This document shows, piece after piece, positions 25,632 to 37,600 of a stretch of DNA of 64,000 bases. The DNA is from Mytilus trossulus. Taxonomy: Eukaryota. The position numbers and the translations under genes are program-made. Numbering within the stretch: the stretch's first letter is position 1; every line of letters begins with the position of its first letter. Location of the stretch: NCBI RefSeq assembly GCF_036588685.1, contig NC_086379.1:21576001-21640000 (forward strand), read 5' to 3'. The notes beneath the pieces were generated by a model that had not been told where the DNA came from, searched no databases, and saw only the letters and a program-made list of their open reading frames with translations.

Positions 25632-28600
25632 CTGAAAACATAAAAAAAGACTATAAAGCCGTACAGTAACCTTCACAATTTACTTGTATACAGTTCATAG
25701 TTACTATATTTATCATCTAAGATACAGTCTAAAAATAAGCATTATACTAAAACACATGATTCACCTTTTACGTTTGACAGATATAGCACCTCTTATTCGG
25801 GTCCACTCAAAAGAAGAACAAAAGGAAAGTAGTAAAAATATAACCAAATAGTTTCACCTGTATCAAACAAAATTAGAATAGGTGGACCTGTTTATCATTT
25901 TGCTCAGATCGGATGAACCTGTTTATATACCACCAGCTGTCCGGATCCTTTGAACTAAGTAATTGATATGCTAAATTGTTAAGAACACGTCTAGAAAAGG
26001 TACTTGTTGCAACCTGAGGATCCTCTTAACATATCAATGGAGCAAGTGTATTTATAGAACTTTAATTTTAATTATTCTAAGCTGAATCAACGACCTCATA
26101 GTCTACTTTCATTTAGTAAGAGTCTCTACGTCTTCTTTTTTGGAGTTCAACCGGTTGCCTCGCCCTGGCATATTTCTTGACTGAATTATCGGTAATTACG
26201 AAGAGTTTACAAACGTCTTTTGTTAAAGGGTAACATTTAATTATGCGTGTTTTTTTTGCTCACATATTAAGTGTTGTCATTTAACGAAATACGGTGCGAC
26301 TATCATAAAAGTGACAGGTTTAGCTTTATATCAAACACGTTTAATCCACTATTTTCTGCACAAGAAAATGCATGTTTTTCACTTGTGTGATGTTTATATG
26401 CTTTGATGATATCATTTGATGACAGAATTTCCGTTCTTAATCTTCCTTTGAGTTCGTTTTTTTGTTTTGTTGTCTTTTTTTAATTTTTTTATGCATACAT
26501 GACATAATTTCAATCATTGATAAATTGTTGTTAGTAGGTTGCATATAATGACGATGACATTGAATGCGCCTTCCAGTAGTTGTTGAGTTGGAAATATATA
26601 ACACATTCATTGAGCGATCTAAAAGACTAGATATATTACCTTTACCATCAATTCTGTTATTCAATTCAATTAAACTATAAGATGTCGCAATTCTCGAATG
26701 CAGTTTTTTTTGTGTACAGAGATGTGTTGTTAGGTGAGAATATTTTGTGCTGCGCTGCATATTTTCTATGATGCGAACTTACATAAAATTATTGAATGAC
26801 CAACCTTATCAAAATGCTAGTATATAATGTTAATCACATTGTGGTTATTGTCTGGTCTATAGCCGCACAAAAATTATTAAGCATTTATTTCGCTTCACCG
26901 ACATATAATAAGCCGTAAAGGTTGCAATATGACTCAGTTGTGTTGATTATTGATAAAAAAAATAATTGTAGCTTCTGGTATAGGATTTTCTAGGTAAATT
27001 GCTAAAAAATTGAGCACCTGGCTGTGTACAGTTATGAAAGAAGCAAACGTCTTGTATCATAACAGTCAATGGCCTCTTCGTTACAATTAACGAACGCTGG
27101 TGTATTAACGACGTCACACGTTACATAAAAGAAGATTTTCCATGTAATTGATGAAAACATGGAAATTGTTATTGTTTTTTTTTGGAAATTGATAACATAG
27201 AGCGCATGCGTCGAGACAAAAACTTTTAACAATCTGTTTGATAAATTTAACAACTAACATAATCTGACTTCTTACTTTGTCGAAGCCTGCGCTGTGTACT
27301 CCCTATGCATGGATTTTTTTTTAGATTTGTTTTATTTTTGGAATGTTTCATTTTCTTTGAAATATCAATTTTATCAGAAACCTTACCCATATTTAGCTCA
27401 ATTTTGATATCTTATCTGTCTTTTATCGTTTACCGTTCTTAATCTACACACATTCGAACTTAATAATCGTGGTCCAACATGACACTAACAAAATTTACTC
27501 CTTTGTAGTAGCATATGACAAGTAAGGGACCTCGGTACCATATTTTACTGAATAATTTATCACTTTATTTCAGACATTCAGAGATTCGGCTTCATATTAA
27601 AAGTTCCCATCTAAAACGGGATATCCCTTCTTAATGTTCACTTTAGTGATGTTAATAAAGCACGATTATCTAAATAAGATATGTGTAAATTTGTCTTAAA
27701 CTTATGTGTACGTTTTATCGGTATGATCATTGCTTATGATTACATATATATTGCTTTTTATTGATGCAAGATACAGATTCTTCATCATGTCGATCGTATG
27801 CACTGTTTTGGAAGTAACGTAATTGGCTTCATAGGAAAAAAATCTCGAAATCCTATCAGTAAATATATCATTATACATTTTTTGCACACAATTAATGGTT
27901 AACATGCAACCAAACACATCACAAGAGGGACGAAAGATACCAGAGGGACAGACAAACTCATAAATCGAAAATAAACTGACAACGTCATGGTTAAAGATGG
28001 ACAAACAGACAAACAATAGTACACATGACACAACATAAAAAAATAAAGAATAAACAACACGAACCCCACCAAAAACTAGGGGTGATCTCAGATGGTCAGG
28101 AAGGGTAAACAGAGCATGCTCCGCATGTGGCACCCGTCGTGCTGCTCATGAGATAACAAGTCCGGTAACTAGTATATTTAAGTAGGTCATCATTGTACAT
28201 TCAATTGTCTTTGTTAGCAACATGTTTTGAATCAGATTGCATACACATTTGAACGTTTCGCACTATGATTTTGTTATTTTAAATATGTCCTTGTCTTAAA
28301 AAAAAACATGTTTTTTTCGTTAAACGTTATAATTCTCACAAATAAAAACAATCGCCTTTAACTTTCCAACAATTCATCTTGTTTTACAAAAGAAAATATC
28401 GAATCATTTACAACTATTTTTAACGTCTCAATTCAAACGTATTTCTATTTTCTTGCCCAACAAACGGACTTGTTTATTTTATAAAATTGAGAATGGAAAT
28501 GGGGAATGTATCAATGAGACAATAACCCGACTATAGAAAAAACAACAGCAGAAGGTCACCAACAGGTCTTCAATGTAACGAGAAATTCCCGCACTTGGAG

Positions 28601-31600
28601 GTGTCCTTCAGCTGGCCCCTAAACAAATATATACTAGTTCAGTGATAATGAACGCCATACTAATTTCCAAATTGACATAAGAAATACTTATATGATGTAT
28701 AGTTCAAAGTCTCCCATTTCCTAACAGTATAATTCAAACATTTATCATGTTTATATTTCAGTAAGATATATTTCAAACACACAGATGTCCTTAATTTGTG
28801 TGGCTCAGTCTTTAATGTTCAATGTTGTATTTTCATAAACCGTTGTTTGCTTGTCTTGTCATCGTTTTAGTCGTTGTTTTTTTTGTGGTTATTTTTTAAA
28901 TAATAAGGAGTTATTTCAACCAACACGATATTGTACGACTGTATTAATCTACAACATGCCATTATGGTCGAAACGTTAGTTAAGTATGACGCAGAAAGAT
29001 AACTGAACAGTCTTCACATAAGACAGAAAAGATCGTTTTTTTAGTAAAGGGAAATAGTCAGTATCGAATACTTCCGAACAATCAACCTATATAAATATAT
29101 CTATACCGAATATAAACACTTGCTCAAGAGGTGTATGGAAAGAAGTGTCATACATATACGGAATTCAGATTCAAATAGGTAAGAACATCAAAACTGACAA
29201 ATAAAATCAATCAACGGAACAAGTTAGAACAACTGCAATATATCGGACTTGGATCATGCATTATCTGACAAACATGGTGGATTTAACTTGTTTTAATAGC
29301 TAGATAAACCTCCTTCTTATATAACAGCTGTTATGTTACAGATCTGATATATCGACGACTTTGAATGAACGGAAACTGCATCTAGATTCAAAATCAATGA
29401 GAGCTCGATACATTTTTTGGTTTTTTACATGACAACAAGTATTTGCCTAACATATAATTAAGAGTAACATACCCAGACACATATCTTTAGCTTCATCTGA
29501 GCCGTCCCTGCAGTGAACTTTTCCATCACATTTATCATATGATGCGATATATTGTTTACCATCGTTACATCTTAAATAACCCTTAGCACAAGCTTTCTCT
29601 GCAACAACAAGTACATGTCATCATTTAATTAAATGATTCTTATTTAGTTTTTGTCTCTTCCTGATTTATATTGCCCTTCGATAATATCGAATTAATGGAT
29701 ATACAAAAATCTACTTTTACTTAATTAGCCACAACACTGATGTCCAGTCTATATAAAATAACATATTGGTGAAGTTTTATCGGTTGCTAAAAACGCAAGT
29801 AACAATATAGTTTTGTTCACAAGTGTCCGAATGAAGGAAATGAACATTGATTTTCAATACAACAATTTATTTATTTTTCGAATTCATCTAGACATCAACA
29901 CTGCATCAAAAATTGTCTTTCGATGTGACTAAAAGATAAAGGAAAGGCCCTCTTTCGATTACCTTATATCAAATTTTGTTCACATTTTAAAAAAAATCAA
30001 AAGTTACAAAAGGTAGACATTTTGTATATCTTTTGGTGATTCAAAAGGCAGTTGAAATGGCCCACTTTTTTTTTGTCAAAAGGTGTATAAAAGGGCAACT
30101 TTTAGTATTCAAAAAGGAAGACAATAGTTATATCAAAGATGGACTTTATTTTGTCAGAAGGTGTATAAAATGGCAACTTTTAGTTTTTAAAAAGGAAGAC
30201 AATAGTTATATCAAAGATGGACTTTTTTGTCATAAGGTGTATAAAAGGGAAACTTTTAGTATTTAAAAAGGAAGACAATAGTTACATCAAAGATGGACTT
30301 TTAGTTATTCCAAATGTATCCATATCAAAACAGAAGTTGGACTTTTGATTAAATTTGGTCCTCAAAAGAGTACCTTTTGTTATAAAAAAATCAACAATTT
30401 TATACCTTTTAGAAACAAAATATTGATAAAATATGAACAAAAGAAATGCATGGTAGGCAAGATTTCCATATGCATGGCACCTCTTTTTTGTTGATGAAAT
30501 ATGCAGAGCAAAACTATGTTTGGGTATCGAAGTAAGTTCAAAGTAACTCTTGAGATAAAAGAGACTTTAATTTTTAGCTACCTCGAGTATTAAATATACA
30601 GATGGTCACCAGAATTCGGCCGTTTTGTACTTCTGCACGTCTGTCTTAAGGGGTCAAGTCATATCACAAACGCAAACCTATAGCTAATATCTTAGTCAAA
30701 TAATAATGTTCCCTGCTCCAATATTCTCACACAGGCACTTGTCTCAACAACAAAAATTTCCTTTATACCTTAATATTAAGGTATAAAGGAACTTTTTTTT
30801 TGAGACAAGTGCCTGTGTATCCTCACCAATGGTTTGTCCTGTAGTTAAATGTGTGTACTGTTTTTGTTATCTGTTATATTGAGTCTAGGGTTTGCTACCC
30901 TTTTGCATAATCACCTGTCCAATGGCAAGCTTTTAATATATTGTTGCATCAGAATAGACTTAACTGGGGTCTCCTTGTATATGGTGATTCATTTTACTTT
31001 AAACACCTTGTATATAAAAACGAAGATGTAATTTGTTCAACGTGTTAAAGGCCTTTTATAGCTGAGTATGTGCTAGGGTCTTTGCTAATTGTTGAAGACA
31101 GTACAGTGACCTGTAGTTGTTTACTTCTACATGTAGTAAACTGGTTTCTTATGAAGAGTTGTCTCATTGGCATTTATACCATACCTTCTTTTCTATATTA
31201 ATGTAACTTAATAGTTCATCTATAAATGGTCATTTCATATTTGTAAATTTGTTTTCTGCACTTGAATGGCACCAAAATTGCAACAAAATGAAAACATTTT
31301 ATTTGATTTGTTTTTTAATTATCTTTTATCATCCACTTTAATGTAACCCCAACATCTGGGGTGTCTTTAATGTTCACATCCCCTATTACACGGCTCTGTA
31401 ATAGTCGCCTGCTCTTGGTGGAGCATATATCTAAATATGCCCCATCCAATTTTGCCTTGTACTCCTTAAATTTTGAAGACTGCCAAGATGGTTGATGGGT
31501 TATAAAACCCTCTTGGCCTTCTTCATCAGACGACATGTAAGTTGGTTTTAAAGCCTCTGTTATCTTTGCCTTTTTGTCTGCACCTATGTCATACTTCTCA

Positions 31601-34600
31601 AGAGCTATGAGTCTTCTTTTTGCTTTCTTAAAAGAAAAAAAAGATTGAACATATGAAATTGTAACTTTTAAAAGATTCATTTGGTCAATACAATTTTCTG
31701 AAAGCATTAAAAATAAAGTGAGGTTTGTTTAAATACAGTACTGAAACAAAGAATCATGTTTGTTTGTTGATAATTTTAATACTTCAGCAGTTGTCATTAT
31801 CCTTTTAAAAAAAGACAGTTTTTTTGCTCTTGTTTTTTTTTAGAACACTGTGTATCTGTAAGCTCTTTTTTTAAATGAAGATGTTGGCCCCACATGAATA
31901 CTGAACAAGTCAATCTAATAACAAAACCTGACGACAACTAAGCTGATGTTGAAAGAACAATGGTCACTGTACCTTATAGCTTGGTAAAAGTGGCACATGA
32001 TTTTACATATAAAATATAATTATAACAAAAGACTTTAAGAGTCATTTCACATTCATGGAACAAATATTTTTCTTTATCAAAGTCTTTCTGTGTATTCTAT
32101 AATGTCCTATAATTGTACAAGTAGTTTTATCTATGAGTCTTTCATAAAGATATTTATTTTAAATGTTTATCATCATTATTCACAAATAACTTTTCTGGCA
32201 ATTATATGATAAACACCTTTTCTCAGAATGAATGTTGATGCTTGTGATATCCCCAACATTTATGACTGATGAGAGAGTAACAATATAAATTATCTGTCAA
32301 TTAGTGTTATTTTCATATAAATGAATGATTTTAAAAGATTTACTTTACCTGCCTACATTTATCCTGTATAATTAAGCTGTAAGGTATACTGTAATACATA
32401 CAGATATGTATGTATTTATTTTCGCGATAATAAACCAACTGTGAAATTCGTGAATATAAATGCAAAAATAAGTACAATTAGAGTATATTTAACAAGAGAT
32501 AGGCCTATGTCTGGCCACTTTTTGTGACAGCAAATTGCAAATAATGATGCATACCTCCTTTTTCCTTTCATATAGAGCTCTTTTTCTCTTTTCACCCTCA
32601 TACTTGTTTTTGCTTATAGCAGATTGCTGCTGCTTCTTTGTTAAAAAATATCTTGCCATGGCACCTACAAAAATCAGTAGCACAATCAAACCTGTGACTA
32701 TATATTTTATAACAAAAAATCATGATGTTTAAATATATATATACTGCAGCTGTGCTATGCGAGCAGTCAAATTGCATTGACCGTATATTCATATGTGATA
32801 TACAGTCACTGACCCTATATCACCTTGTTTATGCCGTTGACAATTTGTTTCTGTAGAGTAAATAAAACATACAGGTTCATGGAAATTTAATGTCGTCCGC
32901 TTCAAATTAAGAAATGATATTTTTTACCCAAAATACTTCATTTAGAACAGTTTTAAGAGTTGCAGTACATGAAGAATAACCATACATTGTCTCGAAATAT
33001 CAATGTTATTTTTACTTGGCTCGAAACAGGTAGAAATGCTAGGCGCAGCCTCGTTTTCTACCTGTTTCGAAGCCTTGTACAAATAACATTGATATTTCGA
33101 GACAATGTATGGTTATTCTATATATATATATATGTGAATTCTTTATAGCTAATACCACTTGTATCAAAAATCTAGGGATCAAACTTGGGTGTAGAAACTA
33201 GATTGTCAAATCTTTCTAAAAGTGTCGGTGCATTTTGTAGAGGTGTATTAACAATCAATGTGAAATGAGAAAACATGTTTACCTACAGTGTGATTGAAAT
33301 CAAAGTGCATCAGGGACATATCAGAAAATAGGAGCGCCAAGAGGTTTGATTTTAATCAGACTGTGTTCCTAAGTTATTGCATGCATTCATTTTATTATTT
33401 ATTAAGAAATTATTATCTTCAAATCATACAGTAATTGTAGATTTTAAATAATTACTTATAATATTTTATTTGTATCATAGAGAGACAACTCTTCTCTTCA
33501 GCAGAATGATCAGACTGTAAATTATATTTCCTAATTTTACAATTTAAAGAAGTATAGGGGAAAAGTAAAGAGTCACTGTAAGCTTTTGAAATTTATATCC
33601 ACTTACAATTCAATACGGTGATGTCATTGTATGCTGGATTCCAGCCTTTAACAAAGGTAACGATATGCGACGTCATATCTTTGTTTACTGCATCACTAAC
33701 TCTGAAATGAAAAACATACACATGTACATTCTTGCTAATGTATATACTGAGTATATAGCATATGCATACCTTTCATATTAATGCATATATCAAGATTTTT
33801 GATAACTACATGTACATATATTGTAACATTTGAATAGTAACTTTCAAAATACTAATAAATAAAACCATGCCTTGAAAAATTGACCAATCGACACTATGAA
33901 CTGCAATGCATTGGGAGTTACTACAAGTTTACTTGGCATCACATAAAACATATAGAATCATACGTTAAAAACTATGAAATCATATAGTGTATAAGACTCA
34001 AATTCAACATTGTTTTTTATTAGACAACATATGAATTGTAAAATATTTAACAATACTTTGCATGCCCAGGTTAAAAAATTATTCTGGTGGCTGAAACAAC
34101 CAACATCAACATTTTGCCCTTCTTGTCAATACAGTAGAACAGGTTTAGACCATTAGATTTTCTTAAGCTTTGTACACAATAAAATTGAGAATGGAAATGG
34201 GGAATGTGTCAAAGAGACAACAACCTGACCGTAGAAAAAAACAACAGCAAAAGGTCACCAACAGGTCTTCAATGTAGCGAAAAATTCCCGCACCCAGAGG
34301 ATTCCTTCAGCTGGCCCCTTAACAAATATATCGTAATGGCATTCATTATGTGAAAACAAAATTTTAGGTGCTGATCAAATATTGTAAAAACACCTTTTTC
34401 CTTCAAATCTCCAGCTGAGACCTTTTTCTTCTCCATCTTTGTACCCTTGTTTCACAGCATTCTGCAACATAAAAGGTAGTTTTGGAAACATTTTAAAGGT
34501 TTATTTTTTTGCCAATTGAATTATTAAAATAACTGTACTGTAAATGAAGAGTTGCCAACGTCAATTGTCTATTTGACAGTAAAAAAATACAGTCTTACTA

Positions 34601-37600
34601 TGGAGGCATAGTAATAACAAAAAGAAATGATAAGTGAGAGCTTGAAAAAATGTATAAATTTTAGTTAAAATTCATAGGGCCTTGTTTCAGGGTGGTATAA
34701 ATGGGGTAACTTCATGACGAATAACGGTAAAATTTCTTGCCAAATGATATTTACGTTTTTTTTGTGTGCATGACAATAAAATATGCACTTTCTTTTAGAC
34801 GAGAAAAAAATTGAATGACTTTGATGAATCATGTTAATTCTTTTCCAAAAATAACTGTGATAATAATTATTTGAGACCTCTGACATATCACCATACAGAT
34901 ATTTTGATGAATCACGCTAAAATCTTTATCAATTTGAGGCTAACAGTAGCCTTAAATGGCCTTTTTACACCTGACAGTAAAGGGCATTGCTACTCTCTTG
35001 TATATAAATACTGGTTGGTCTTTTAATAAATATTTTACCGCAAGCAAGGGTACAATACAAGCATTCACTTTCATTTCAAGTCCCCTTTTCCTATTATTAA
35101 GGAAAAATGGTGACATTGATTACTGTTATTCCTTTTGTTTGTTGCCATTTTTGTGCTGTTAAGTTGTATTTTAAGTTAACAAAATTCAGAATGTGCAAGT
35201 TAACAAGTAGTTTCTGAGTTGAAAATGTAAGCTTTCCATTGGTTTTTGTCATAAAAAGTCATCAAGTCAAAAAAAATATATATAGATATATAGACAAATT
35301 TTAAAACAGAGTGAAACTCTTGAAAGCTGTGCATGTGGAAATGGATTGACATGGGGCAAAAAAAAAGCCATTAAGTGATCCTCACTGATATTGGTTTTAC
35401 CTTAACTCCTATTGGAACTACTAAATTTTCTTTAGATTTAGCAGAGCTGCTTTCATGTCCTGTCTGTGCTCTCAGTCGCTGTAATATTTCCCCCTGCCTC
35501 TCAAATATTCTTATCAATAATTCTCTTTGACCTGTGCAGATGAAGAAAAGATTATAAATGGATAATTGGACTACTGTAAATTCAGAAATTGTTGTGTGCA
35601 TTTATTATTGCGATTTTGTCATCTTAGACTAATATGCGATTTTGTGAAAAATCCTGTGTAATTCATATAAAATATTTCAAAATGCAAGTTTCAATTAATG
35701 CGTTTACAACTTGGTCTCATTTTCGCAATAATAAAAACCTCCCATTAATTTCTGAATTTACAGTAATTCAATTTAAATTCAGAAACAAAATACACAATTC
35801 TAAATACCTTGTTTTATGATTAAAAGCTTGTCCTGCACCTTAAAAGCAGCCATACCCTATATTAATTTTTACACCCTCATATCTAACTATATTTAATCTC
35901 TAAGTTTTTTAAATGGATCATAATAAAAAGTCTATTAAGATTTGCCAGGATATCATTTCTATGCTTAATAAGTGGTTTTAAACTGGTCTATGAGTGTGAA
36001 TAATTTTTATGCAACAACCACCTGTTCTATGACATGGACCTGTTGTTCAGTGGTGATTGTTTGTTGGTTTTATTCAAATGAGTTAATCGTTTATTATTTA
36101 CGGTAGTGTTTTTTATATAGATTAGACCAATGGTTTTTCTGTTTGAATTGTGAAAAATACTCATTTTGAGGCTCTTTAAAGCATGCTGTTTGTTGTGATC
36201 CAAGGCTCTGTGTTACAAGTCATACTTTTGTCAACTTTTTATTCATTCTGACTAGCATGACTAGGATATATGAAGGTTGTCTCATTAGCACTCATACTAC
36301 ATCTTCTTATTTATATAATATTATACATGCATGACCTTCATTATATTTGTGAACAGAAAGCAAAAAAACTATTTCTAATGAAAAATCAGTAGATTGTCTC
36401 AAAGAAAAAAATCTTTTAACTTACACATTAATAACAAATAGACCAAATTTGATAAAAAAAAATCACAATTTCATGCACTTTTGTTAATCTTGTGATATAG
36501 AACCCCCTACATTGTACTATATGACACATCTTCAAATAAATTGTCCAGTGGCGGATCCAAGGGGGGTTCTGGGTGTTGGAACCCCCCTTTCTTTTAGGCA
36601 ATCAATACATTTGAATGGGAGCATATACTTGAAAACCCCCCTTTTTACTCTGGGTTGGGACCTCCCTCCCCCCAATTTTTAAAAAGGCTGGATAGTCCAT
36701 ATGCAAATTAAATGTAAGATCCGCCTGATCAGTTGAAATGATAATATGTGTCATATGTGTAATATGTATAAATCTTACCAAGACTGTGAATATCATTGGA
36801 ACTGGTATGCATGGGTCTTGCATTTGGTGTACTGGACTCTCTACAAGGACCACTGCTACCAGCGCTGCCAACACCACTTGTCCTTGGTGTATTAATACCA
36901 CTTGTCCGGCTTGGTGTATTAATACTACTAGTGCTTGGTGTATTAATACAACAAGTGCTTGGTGTATTTATTCTACTAGTGCTTGGTGTATTAATACTAC
37001 TAGTGCTTGGTGTATTAATACTACTAGTGCTTGGTGTATTCATCCTGTTCCGGACTGGTGTTTGATTTATCTGTAAAGATATTTTCATTTCTTAGGTGTT
37101 AAGCAATTTCGTACAAAAAGCGTGTATTTGAGTACTTGCATGTCTTATGTGGAGACATGGAACACAGTACTTAGTTATAGGGAGCTACCATTTGATTTTT
37201 ATGGGGAGGGGGGGGGGGGGCTAGGATGAAAAATTGTGTCTTGCATTTTTTTTTAGTTGTAATCTCTGTCCTGCCTTTTTATTTTTCACTCTAGACTCTA
37301 TCGTGTCTATCTGGTCCTGGTTTTTTTGTAGTTTATCCTGACTTTTTTAAAAATAAAATTGTCATCCTGCCTTTTTTTCTCAAACTCCTGTCCGAGCCCT
37401 ATTTTTTTCAAATTTCATCCTAGCCCTAACCCCCCCTCCCCCCCCCCCCCCTCAATAAAAATCAAATGGTAGCTCCCTTATCACTATGCAAAAATGAAAC
37501 ATAGAAAAACAGTCATATCCATTTTATGGTCAGACTATATGATTTATACGGATAAGATTATCTAAGATTCATGGTTATATGCACAGGCACTTGTTTCTAT

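Noticed and set aside
27702-28133. 143-aa ORF
   Set aside because: It runs through a common interspersed repeat and has no domain or splice support.
36738-37076. Plus-strand ORFs (CINTTSAW)n and (LLVLGVLI)n
   Set aside because: Antisense shadows of the 24-bp repeat. Only the minus frame has splice sites in phase with neighbouring exons.
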